From a candidate division FCPU426 bacterium (GTDB lineage: Bacteria; Oederibacteriota; Muellerivitia; Muellerivitales; Muellerivitaceae), in contig CAWCKJ010000004.1 of the NCBI GenBank assembly GCA_963796105.1, positions 768,001 to 832,000 on the forward strand: a stretch of DNA of 64,000 nucleotides, given 5' to 3'. Below, in pieces: positions 28,336 through 37,107 of this stretch (the stretch's first letter is position 1; the number at the start of each line of letters is the position of its first letter). Both the position numbers and the translations under genes were made by a program. The notes below the pieces were generated by a model. That model saw only the letters and a program-made list of their open reading frames with translations, did not search any database and was not told the DNA's origin.

Positions 28336-30255
28336 TTACCGGTTGAACAGTTGGGGAATGAAGGTCGTCAGGAAAGGCACGTAGGTGATCAACAAGACCA
28401 TGGCGTACAGCATGGCCAGCATGGGCAGGACGGATTTATAGACTTCCACCATGGGCTTCTTGAAGCGGTAGGAGGACAGGAAGAGGTTCAATCCCAGGGG
28501 CGGGGTGAGAAAGCCCAGCTCCATGTTGGCCAGGAAAATGATCCCCATGTGAACGGGGTCCACGCCGAAGGCCTGGGAAATCGGGATCAAAAGCGGGACC
28601 ACCACGATGATGGCCGCGAAGATTTCCAGGAGACCCCCGACAAAAAGCAGCATCACGTTCACCATCAGGAGGAATAGCCATTGGGAATGCACGGTGGCGC
28701 TCACCCAGGATGCCAGCTTGGCCGGGATCTGGGCGTCCACCATGTCGTTGGTGAATCCCAGGGAGACACCCAGGATCAGGAGCACGCCTCCCACCAGGAT
28801 GCCGCACTCCATGATGACCGTGGGAATGTGCTTGATTTTCAGCCCTCTATATATGAAGACCTCCACGATAAAGGCGTACATGGCGGTCAGGGCCGCCGAT
28901 TCAACCAGGGTGACCTTGACGACAAAAAGGAAGAAGAAGACCACCAGGGGAAGGACCAGTTCAAATTTCGCTGCCCAGAGCGACTCCAGGGCCTCCCGGC
29001 GCGTGAAAGGATGCTTGGCGGCCTGCTCGGAGGAGCCTTTCCAGATGCCCCAGGCGGCGGTTCCCAAAACCAGCAGGGTTCCCGGGAGAAGGCCTCCCAG
29101 GAACAGCTTGTCGATGGGCGTGTGGGAGACAACCCCGTAAAGGATGACCGGAAGGCTGGGGGGAAACAGCAGGCCCAGGGAGCCGGCGGAAGTCAAAAGC
29201 CCCAGCGAGTTCCTTTCCGTGTACCTTTCCGCGATGAGGATGGGCATCAAGAGCCCGCCCAAGGCCAGGATGGTGACGCCGGACCCCCCGGTGAAAGCCG
29301 TGAAGAAGGCGCAGACCAGGCAGGTCACGATGGCCGGCCCGCCCTTCAAGGACCCGAAGAGGGCCTGGAAAACCCGAAGAAGCCGTTTGGAGGCCCCGCC
29401 TTCCGCCAGCAAATAACCCGTCAGCGTGAAAAGCGGGATCGTCGGGATGGTGGGGTTCACCACCATGCGGTAGGTTTCGGCCGGGATGGAGCTGATGGGA
29501 GTCTCGGAATTCCACAGGAAGAAAAGCGCCGCGCCGCCCAAGGCCACGAAAACCGGCGCTCCCAAGACGACCGCCGTGATCAAGAGAACGAAAGCCAGGA
29601 TGAGGAACCCCTGGGGAGGGTTATGGACAAAGAAACCCAAAGAAGCCAGTGCTGCTGTCACCAGCAAGGTATAAAACCTCTCCCTCATCTCGCCGGAGGA
29701 GCGCCACACGAGCCGGCCCACGATCAGGGAAAAACCGAAGGGAAGAAGGCAAAGCACCGCCCAGGTGGGGATGCCCAGCGACACCATGTCCCCCGAGTCC
29801 TTCTCGATCAGGACGAAACTGAGGCTGGCCTTGGCCAGGTAAAAGGTGATGGCCCCGCCAAAACCGTAAGTGAGGATGCGAACCGTGTTCTTGTGGCGGT
29901 CGGGAATCAGGCCGGCCGTGGAGGCGAGGGCCAGGAGTTTTCCCTCCCTGGCGGCGATAGCCCCGCCGAACATCATGATGGCCAAAATCGTGTGCTGGAC
30001 CAGAGTGAGGGAGCCGGGGACGATGTTGGCCGGGATGAAATGAAAGAGGGGATTCAGCTTCCGGCCGATGATGTCCAACAGGGGGAGAAGCATCATGAAG
30101 CCGAAGAAGAAGGTCAGAAGGAGGTTCTCCACCGGGTGCCAGAAGGCTTTCTTGGCGGGGAGCGCCGTGGGGTCGCCCTCGAACATCAAACCTTCCCCCG
30201 GAGCCATTTCTTCCGGAGGAGCCGCTGGCATGGGATTGACGGGTTCAGACGGCAT
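28336..30255 (-). CDS. TRAP transporter fused small and large permease (DctQM)
   Basis: IPLFTLTG, TGGSG, GSLGLLFPPS and ELGFLTPPLGLNLF DctM motifs; N-terminal DctQ-like region. Confidence 0.9.
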   Translation of the reverse strand: MPSEPVNPMPAAPPEEMAPGEGLMFEGDPTALPAKKAFWHPVENLLLTFFFGFMMLLPLLDIIGRKLNPLFHFIPANIVPGSLTLVQHTILAIMMFGGAIAAREGKLLALASTAGLIPDRHKNTVRILTYGFGGAITFYLAKASLSFVLIEKDSGDMVSLGIPTWAVLCLLPFGFSLIVGRLVWRSSGEMRERFYTLLVTAALASLGFFVHNPPQGFLILAFVLLITAVVLGAPVFVALGGAALFFLWNSETPISSIPAETYRMVVNPTIPTIPLFTLTGYLLAEGGASKRLLRVFQALFGSLKGGPAIVTCLVCAFFTAFTGGSGVTILALGGLLMPILIAERYTERNSLGLLTSAGSLGLLFPPSLPVILYGVVSHTPIDKLFLGGLLPGTLLVLGTAAWGIWKGSSEQAAKHPFTRREALESLWAAKFELVLPLVVFFFLFVVKVTLVESAALTAMYAFIVEVFIYRGLKIKHIPTVIMECGILVGGVLLILGVSLGFTNDMVDAQIPAKLASWVSATVHSQWLFLLMVNVMLLFVGGLLEIFAAIIVVVPLLIPISQAFGVDPVHMGIIFLANMELGFLTPPLGLNLFLSSYRFKKPMVEVYKSVLPMLAMLYAMVLLITYVPFLTTFIPQLFNR

Positions 30256-30257
30256 TA

Positions 30258-31286
30258 TTATTCGGCCGTCTTCTTGGCCCTGTATTCATCGCGGTACTTG
30301 ATGGCCAACTCCATGATGTCGGTGGGGATGAGGGTGCCGGAAATCTGGGGCTTGAAGTCCAGGAAGAGTTTTTCCCATTGGGCGTACTGCTCCGCCGTGA
30401 TCTCGTGGGTCTCCAGGCCGTGCTCCTTCATCACGTCGATGGCCTTGTCGGAGTTCTGGCGGATGTCATCCCGGAAGCCCTTGCCGGCCGCGGCCGCGGC
30501 CCTCTGGATGGCGGGGCGCGAGGCCTCGGGGATCTTTTCCCAGGCCTTGGTGGTGATGATGGTGGCGCCGATCAAGGGGCACCATTTCATGTTCGTCATG
30601 TGCTTGGCCAGGGCGAACCATTGGAAGGACAGCGCAGCGATGGGGGTGGTGTCGAAACAGTTGATCATGCCGGTCTGGAGGTTGGGGAGGATGTCCGTAG
30701 CGGCCAGGGGAATGGGGGAAAAGCCGGCCGAATGCCAGATGTTCATGGTGTCCGGATCGTCGCCCCAGACGAAGAGCTTCATTTTTTTCAGGTCATCGGG
30801 GGTCAGGATGGGGGTCTTTCCGAAGAAGTACACCCAGCCGGCCTCGCCCCAGTTGAGCACCTTGAAGCCCTTGGCTTCCAGGCGCTTCTCAAGGATCGGC
30901 TGCATCTTCGCGCGCACGTAATCGCTCTCCGCGAAGTCCTTGTAAAGCATGGGGATGGAAAGTACTTCCACGGCCTTGTCGATCTTGGCCAGCCCCACCA
31001 CGGTCACCACGCCCACCTGGATCTGGTTGATGCGCATCTTGGTGATGATGTCCGGCTCGTCGCCCAGGACGCCGTTTCCGAAAACCTTCAGCTTCACTCC
31101 GGCGGTTTTCCATTTATTTCCCATTTCCTGGAGGATGTTGTCCCAGGAGGAATGCTCGGGGGCGAGGGTTCCCAGCTTCAGGGTCATCATTTCCTCTTCC
31201 TGGGCGTTCAAGGCCGGTGCCAGGAATACACCCGCGAAGAACAGGAGCCCCATCGCAAGGCTGGTGAGTCTTATAAATGATTTCAT
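30258..31286 (-). CDS. dctP: TRAP substrate-binding protein DctP (TatP type)
   Basis: Signal peptide; LKLGTLAPxxSxW, GxLGDE and TPDDLKKMK. Confidence 0.9.
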   Translation of the reverse strand: MKSFIRLTSLAMGLLFFAGVFLAPALNAQEEEMMTLKLGTLAPEHSSWDNILQEMGNKWKTAGVKLKVFGNGVLGDEPDIITKMRINQIQVGVVTVVGLAKIDKAVEVLSIPMLYKDFAESDYVRAKMQPILEKRLEAKGFKVLNWGEAGWVYFFGKTPILTPDDLKKMKLFVWGDDPDTMNIWHSAGFSPIPLAATDILPNLQTGMINCFDTTPIAALSFQWFALAKHMTNMKWCPLIGATIITTKAWEKIPEASRPAIQRAAAAAGKGFRDDIRQNSDKAIDVMKEHGLETHEITAEQYAQWEKLFLDFKPQISGTLIPTDIMELAIKYRDEYRAKKTAE

Positions 31287-31371
31287 TAAATTCCCCCTTA
31301 AGTTCGGACCAGCGCGAAAACATTACTACCATGAAACACAGCACGAAAAGACAATTTTTTTGAACCGCTGA

Positions 31372-32310
31372 TTACTGAGCGAAGATCGAGTCCTCGTGCG
31401 CCAAAAGCCAGCGGGCCCTCTTTTGGGTGATCAGGTTCACCAGGCGGCTGCCGGGCTTCTTGTCCGGGTCGATCGCCAGGGCCTTGTTCAGCATCTCCTC
31501 GAATTCGTCCCGGTTTTGCTCTTTCTCGTCCACCGCCTCGGCCCAGTTCACGTAGGTGGAGACGCTTTGGCCGTGGTTCAACACCAGGGCCCGGTCAAAA
31601 TGTTCCTTGGCTTTCTTCGCCGAGCCGCCCATCATGGCGGGCTTTCCCCCCTCGTAGGTAATGAGGAAATCATGCAGCGCCCCCTCGTCATAGTCGGGAT
31701 CAAGCTCATAGGCCCGGTAGATGAGGGCCTCGGCCTGGGGCACGTCGGAAACCAACTCGGGATCGTCCTTGCCGATGGAAATGGCGGCCATCCAGGAAAG
31801 ACCGGTCCAATAAAGGAGGTCCATGTCCTCCTTCTTGGCCTTGGCTGCCGTTCCCTTGGGATCGGTCATCAGCGTCTTGGAGAAATGCTCATGCCGGACA
31901 TCCAGGCCCCTCAACCCGTAATCCCTCGCGCGGATGTAGAGGTTCTTGGCCCTCAGGTTGAGTTCCTTGGATTTCTCGTAATTCTTGTCCGCGATATACT
32001 CGCTGTCGGATTGGACATAGGCGTATCCATACTCAGTGAAGCCCTTGCAGGCGGCGGTCAAGAGACCCACGTGGCGGGGAGTGGCCGAGAGAATGCTTTC
32101 CATTAATTTCAAGCTGAAGGGAATGGCCTCACGGATGAGCTCTGGATCGTTATCGGAGGAAAAGGTGTCCCCGGTCCCGGCCAAGCTGTCCGCCACCGAA
32201 TTGATAGCGAGGGACTTAATGAAACACCCGTTCAGAAGAGGGGATAGCGCCAATAAAAGCGCCCATAACGGCCAAAGGGAAAGAGTTTTTGAGTTTTTTG
32301 AAGGCATCAT
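31372..32310 (-). CDS. TRAP-associated TatT lipoprotein
   Basis: Lipobox LNG-C; DPELIREAIPFxLK and GGSAKKAKEHFDRAL; first gene of the TRAP operon. Confidence 0.85.
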   Translation of the reverse strand: MMPSKNSKTLSLWPLWALLLALSPLLNGCFIKSLAINSVADSLAGTGDTFSSDNDPELIREAIPFSLKLMESILSATPRHVGLLTAACKGFTEYGYAYVQSDSEYIADKNYEKSKELNLRAKNLYIRARDYGLRGLDVRHEHFSKTLMTDPKGTAAKAKKEDMDLLYWTGLSWMAAISIGKDDPELVSDVPQAEALIYRAYELDPDYDEGALHDFLITYEGGKPAMMGGSAKKAKEHFDRALVLNHGQSVSTYVNWAEAVDEKEQNRDEFEEMLNKALAIDPDKKPGSRLVNLITQKRARWLLAHEDSIFAQ

Positions 32311-32757
32311 CGGTCCTAGGGATGAAATAAAGAGTGACCTTTTTACCCTTAACTCATGGGAAGTGTCAATCATAACGAATACCTACTTATTGGACAAATC
32401 AGGCCTGTTTTTTGTTAATTCACGGGTTTTTGCTGGTTCTTACTGGATAGTTACCCACAAAATAATAGACAACACTAAAGCGTTGTTCGGAGTTTCGGGC
32501 GCTAAAAACATGAATCATTCAGAAGACCTGATGTGAATCCACGACACTATTATGGATTTTCCCCTTAAAGCCCTGGACATAATGCGTTAAAGACATTATT
32601 CGTTCTGATTAGAATTTATGGTACATTTTCAACCAATCGGAAAAGCTATTAAAACTTGGCCGTGGTTATTTTAGGAAATGAACGGCTTTTTCCCTTTTTG
32701 TGCTGTATATTTTTTTCGGGGTTTACCTTACATCCATTAATGAGTTAAGGAGAAATC

Positions 32758-33317
32758 ATGAGAAAATTTCAAGGCAATCATTGGCTGATCCTGATGATAT
32801 TCGCCCTCAGCCCACTTACAGCCTGGGGCCTGCAATCCCCCGGCACCGGAAACCAAGGAGGCCCGGCCGCATTGAGATGATGCAAAAACAGCTCGGGTTA
32901 AGCGACGCCCAAGCCAGCAAGATAAGGGATTTATTCGCGAATGGGGACAGGGAAATTTCCCGGCTGAATGACAGGATCAAAGTGGAGTCGGATTATCTCG
33001 TGAAGAAACTTCAATTGGGTTACTCGGACTCGGAAATTCAAAACTCGGTGGATGAGCTGAACAAGGATGAGAAAAAAATCCAGGCAATCCAGAACAGGGT
33101 TCGGGACGACATGAAATTGATCCTTAACCCGGTGCAACAGGCCAAGTTCGTCCTGGGAGGCCTGAGGAACAATCCCAACAACCATCCGGTCATGGGGAGA
33201 AGGCCCTCGGGCGCCGCGCCCCGCGCCAAGCAGCCCGCGATGAACAGACAAAATTCGAATCAAAAACAACCCTCAGGGTCGGGATCGGCTCCTAGCCAAT
33301 CCGAACCTGAAAAATAA
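32758..33317 (+). pseudogene. Spy/CpxP-like periplasmic protein with a frameshift after its signal peptide
   Basis: ATG 32758 (RBS AAGGAG) encodes the signal peptide MRKFQGNHWLILMIFALSPLTAWG and stops at 32880. The QLGLSDAQ...ILNPVQQAKF domain is in another frame from about 32865. Confidence 0.7.
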
Positions 33318-33367
33318 TACCTTCAAACAGGATCTATAAGACGCCTGTTTCAAAAATTAGTTTTAAT

Positions 33368-33402
33368 AAAAAAGCCCGGCGGAAATCCCACCGGGCTTTT
33401 TT
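33368..33402. terminator. Bidirectional intrinsic terminator
   Basis: AAAAAAGCCCGG...CCGGGCTTTTTT between convergent genes. Confidence 0.9.
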
Positions 33403-33431
33403 GTTTTTCTTTAGGTTTTAAATTTAATCGC

Positions 33432-33629
33432 TTACTTCGCGGTTTTCGCCTTGGGGGCGACCGACGCGGCGGTTTTAGGCGCCACAACGGTTTTATGCGC
33501 TTTTTTGTGCGCCTTTTTGTGGGCCTTGATGGTTTTCTCGGCCGGAGTTTCCTTCGCTTGGGCAAAAACCACGCCTGAAGTAGCTGCTAAAAAAAACGCG
33601 GACAGAACTAGCACCAGAACTTTTTTCAT
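33432..33629 (-). CDS. Small secreted Lys/Ala/His-rich protein
   Basis: Signal peptide ending VFA|Q; KAHK repeats; strong RBS AAGGAGG. Confidence 0.75.
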   Translation of the reverse strand: MKKVLVLVLSAFFLAATSGVVFAQAKETPAEKTIKAHKKAHKKAHKTVVAPKTAASVAPKAKTAK

Positions 33630-33786
33630 AACTTATCCCTCCTTAGGATATCCCTGATTTGTTGAGACAACTAAAGCCTGCATTAGATTAGACGTGATTA
33701 TCCCTGAAAAGTTCCAATGATTCTCCTAATAAAACGGTAATTTTGGCGGTTCCTTTTCCCTTTAAATATAAAGATATTAAAAAAGA

Positions 33787-33815
33787 TTGATAATTAACCG
33801 ACCGGTTGGTAAGTT
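33787..33815 (+). promoter_or_regulatory. Promoter with a palindromic TetR-type operator
   Basis: TTGATA-N17-TAAGTT overlapping the near-palindrome ACCGACCGGTTGGT directly before the TetR gene. Confidence 0.6.
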
Positions 33816-33823
33816 TATCGCCC

Positions 33824-34435
33824 ATGTCAAGAGTATTGGATAAGAAAAAACATTCGGGCCAGAAGAACCGCTTCCTGGTCCAGGCCCGCAGGCTCTTCGC
33901 GGCCCACGGCATCATGGAAACCAGCATGTCCCAGATCGCCAAGGCCTGCAAGGTGACCAAGGCCGGCCTGTACCACTATTTCAAGAGCAAGGACGCGGTC
34001 GTCAAGGAGATCTTCCTCTCCCATGCCGATGAGAGAGAGCAAATTGTGGCCCTCTTAAACAAGGCGAAGAATTTGGAGGAGTGCCTTTACCTGATGGGCA
34101 AGCACCATTTGGAGGAAATGACCCGTCCCGACAACAAGGAGCTCATGAGGATCATGCTCAGCGAGACGATGAAAAACGCCGAGATGAGAAAATTTTACGA
34201 GGAATTCATCACGGGGCAGATCGCCTATATCGTCCAGGAAATCCTGGCGCCCAAGGCCTGCTGTCCGAAACCGGAAAAGGAAGTCCGGCTTCTCTTCTTC
34301 CAGTTCTTCGCGAGCCTGATGCATTACTCCTGGCACCAGATGATGGTGAGCGACCTTACCCCCCTGATCGGGGACGGCGAGACATTCATCAAGTCGCTTT
34401 CCAGGACTTACGCCATGAGGCTCCAGGAACGTTAA
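33824..34435 (+). CDS. TetR/AcrR-family regulator
   Basis: ARRLFAAHG..ETSMSQIAKACKVTKAGLYHYFKSKD helix-turn-helix. Confidence 0.93.
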   Translation: MSRVLDKKKHSGQKNRFLVQARRLFAAHGIMETSMSQIAKACKVTKAGLYHYFKSKDAVVKEIFLSHADEREQIVALLNKAKNLEECLYLMGKHHLEEMTRPDNKELMRIMLSETMKNAEMRKFYEEFITGQIAYIVQEILAPKACCPKPEKEVRLLFFQFFASLMHYSWHQMMVSDLTPLIGDGETFIKSLSRTYAMRLQER

Positions 34436-34553
34436 GGTTTAAAACCCCGATAATCCGGCGGAGTCTGGTTATTTCAGGAAGAAACGAGATTTTTTTTAGA
34501 CAAAAAGTTGAGTCCCTGGATCATTCGAAGTGAGCGAGGTTTAAACCCAAGCC

Positions 34554-35075
34554 ATGTACGATTTCAGGGTGGAAAAGGACTTCCAGGAATTCGTTTCAGC
34601 CCACCGCCGTTCGTGGGTCAGGATGGCCGCCAGCGTCCTGAGGGACCGTCACGAGGCTGAGGACACGGTCCAGGAAACATTGGCCATACTTTGGAAGAAC
34701 CGGAGCACCTTGAAAGTCGGGAACCCGGCGGCTTACGCCTCCCGGGCGGTTTGGGTCAACGCGCTCAAGCGACGAAAGAGGGGAAAGCGCCTTCTTTCCC
34801 TGGAGGGACTGCCGGAACCGGCGGCTGATCCAGGGGAAGAGGACCCGGAAGGTTGGGGCGAGGTCAGCCCTTCGGCCCTGGAAAAGGCCATAGAGGGTCT
34901 GCCCGAGGTTCAGAGGTCGGTGATCCGCATGAAATATTACGCGGGCCTGTCCTTCAGGGAAATCGGGGAGGCGTTGAAGATATCCTTGAACACGGCGGCC
35001 AGCCGGTGCCGTTACGCCTTGGCCGCCTTGAAGGAAGCCCTCGGTACCCGTCGTCATCCAGGGGACCGCGGCTAA
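34554..35075 (+). CDS. ECF RNA polymerase sigma factor
   Basis: AEDTVQE (region 2) and LPEVQRSVI..KYYAGLSFREIGEAL...NTAASR (region 4). Confidence 0.9.
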   Translation: MYDFRVEKDFQEFVSAHRRSWVRMAASVLRDRHEAEDTVQETLAILWKNRSTLKVGNPAAYASRAVWVNALKRRKRGKRLLSLEGLPEPAADPGEEDPEGWGEVSPSALEKAIEGLPEVQRSVIRMKYYAGLSFREIGEALKISLNTAASRCRYALAALKEALGTRRHPGDRG

Positions 35076-35102
35076 CACGGCCCCTTTTAAAAGGAGAAAG
35101 TC

Positions 35103-35474
35103 ATGGTCGAGAAATTAAAGGATCAGGAAAAAAGCGGGCCGGAGCAGAACGTTGAATTTTCAGCGGGCGCGGCTGTCGGGGTGACGGGAATCCTCGGCGG
35201 CGTGGCGCTCGCGCTGGGGTTGCCATGGATCCTATTGTCCCATGCCCAAGCGTTGGACCCTAAAGTGACGGTGATTCTGACCGTAACAGCTTTGATCGTA
35301 GGGGGACTAGTGGCCTTGACCTCGGCTTTTTTCGGCCTGGTCATGCCCCGTCACGTGGGCGGTTGGAGGCACCTTGGAAGGCATCACCATTGGGACGCCG
35401 AGAATTGGAAGGATTGGGGCCAGGAATTGAAAGAGGATTTCAAAAGACGGGGCCGGCGCCGGGAACGAGATTAG
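35103..35474 (+). CDS. Hypothetical 2-TM membrane protein (possible anti-sigma partner)
   Basis: Two hydrophobic segments; RBS AAGGAG; directly follows the ECF sigma gene. Confidence 0.6.
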   Translation: MVEKLKDQEKSGPEQNVEFSAGAAVGVTGILGGVALALGLPWILLSHAQALDPKVTVILTVTALIVGGLVALTSAFFGLVMPRHVGGWRHLGRHHHWDAENWKDWGQELKEDFKRRGRRRERD

Positions 35475-35541
35475 TTTCCAGGCGGGGGATTTTAAGGGGA
35501 CTAAAGCCCCTAAAAGTTTTTGATCATCAACGAGGTGGGTC

Positions 35542-36984
35542 ATGAAAAAGTTAATGGGACTGGGTTTGGGACTGTGGCTGGCGGCGGGCATGGCCTCCGC
35601 CCAGCAAAAGCTGTCGCTGGAGGATTACCTGGCGCAGGTGAAGGCCCAGGGGTCGGAATACAAAGGCCTTCAAGCCGCCGAGGAAGGGTACCGGAAAGAA
35701 TCCCACCAAATGGACCTGCTTTATTCCCCGGTGTTAACGGCGAATTACAGCCATTTGAACGACCAATCCCAGCAGGCCACGGTCCTGTCCACCGACCAAA
35801 CCTTAGCCGATACGGCGGGAGTAGCCATCGCCGAAAAGATGCCGTTCGGCCCCACCCTCGCGATTGGTTATACCTTCAATGATATCAATTTGAAATATTC
35901 CCCACAATTGCTTAACGCTTTTGGGTCTTATTCATCCCTATTCTTAACCTCCTACTATCAAATCGCGCCAATCGTTTCCTTGTCCGTCCCTTTATTCAAG
36001 GATTTCGGCGGGGCCCAAACTTCCGCGGGTGTCAAAGCAGTTGAATATGGCTTGGATTCATCTGAGAAAGCTTCGGCTTTTCAAAAAGAAGGAGTCCTTT
36101 ACGGAGCCAAGGTGGCTTATTGGAACTTGGCCTTGGCGAGAAAAGACGTTGAAATCCGCCAGGATACCCTGAGCCGCAACCAGAAAATTTGGGAATGGAC
36201 AAAACGCAGGGTCGCTCGCAATCTGGCTGATCCCCCAGACGCACTTCAAGCGGAAGCCTCCGTAAGGGAAGCTGAATTGGACTTGCAACAGTCTATGGAT
36301 GGGGAGCGATCACGGCGGTTGGTTTTTAATAAATACCGGAATTTGGCGACGGATGACGTTCCAGAGGGGCAGGAAAACCTGGAAGATTCATTGGCCAATA
36401 CACACGTTGATATTCCCCGGGATCCTCCGGAGCGGGTAGATTTGAAATCCGCTGAATTCATCGCCCAGCAGAAAAAAGCCACCTATGACGAAACCTACCA
36501 AAACATCTACCCGGATATCATGGCTTTCGCGACCTGGAGGGGGAACGGTCTTGATCCCAGTTTCCAAACCGCGAATGACACCGCTTTTGGAACCGACCAT
36601 CCTACCTGGACCCTGGGAGCCCAATTCAACCTGCCGTTGGATCTTTTCACTGCCTCGAGAACGGCGGAGGGTTACAAAAAGGAATATGAAAGCTCGGAAC
36701 TCACCTTGCAAAACAAAAAGCTGTCGGTGGACCAGGATTGGCGGGATATCAGGGCCCGCCTCGCCGATGTGGATAAGCGCCTGGCCATGGCCGCCGAGAT
36801 TGAGTCGCTTCAAAAGAGAAACGCCGAGGAGCAAAAAAGCCAGTTGGAACTTGGCCGATCCACCCAATTCCAGCTAATACAGATCGAAAACGGATACTCC
36901 CTGGCGCGCTTGAGGCGCTTGAACCTCGTCGCCGAGAAGTTGGGGCTTTTAGCCGAGGCGCAATGGTGGCTTTCCGCCCAATAA
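35542..36984 (+). CDS. TolC-family outer membrane efflux protein
   Basis: Signal peptide; KLSLEDYL, AYWNL, DALQA and ELGRST..QL motifs; upstream of the RND genes. Confidence 0.85.
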   Translation: MKKLMGLGLGLWLAAGMASAQQKLSLEDYLAQVKAQGSEYKGLQAAEEGYRKESHQMDLLYSPVLTANYSHLNDQSQQATVLSTDQTLADTAGVAIAEKMPFGPTLAIGYTFNDINLKYSPQLLNAFGSYSSLFLTSYYQIAPIVSLSVPLFKDFGGAQTSAGVKAVEYGLDSSEKASAFQKEGVLYGAKVAYWNLALARKDVEIRQDTLSRNQKIWEWTKRRVARNLADPPDALQAEASVREAELDLQQSMDGERSRRLVFNKYRNLATDDVPEGQENLEDSLANTHVDIPRDPPERVDLKSAEFIAQQKKATYDETYQNIYPDIMAFATWRGNGLDPSFQTANDTAFGTDHPTWTLGAQFNLPLDLFTASRTAEGYKKEYESSELTLQNKKLSVDQDWRDIRARLADVDKRLAMAAEIESLQKRNAEEQKSQLELGRSTQFQLIQIENGYSLARLRRLNLVAEKLGLLAEAQWWLSAQ

Positions 36985-37107
36985 GGCTTTGGGCGAATGA
37001 TAAGTTTTAAATGTTTAATTTTAAATAAAGGAATTTTCCGCGAAGCGGGAATGACCTAAATTTAAAATTCAAAATCAAGAATTCAAAATTTAAAGGGGTT
37101 TTTTAGA

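Noticed and set aside
28681..30921. Long antisense or alternate-frame ORFs (also 23443-25056, 41203-42840, 9875-11101, 20055-21191)
   Set aside because: Shadow ORFs of well-supported genes, as expected in GC-rich DNA.
35870..36480. AT-richer middle of tolC as a foreign insertion
   Set aside because: The reading frame and TolC motifs are continuous with no junction repeats, and the composition shift was not quantified.
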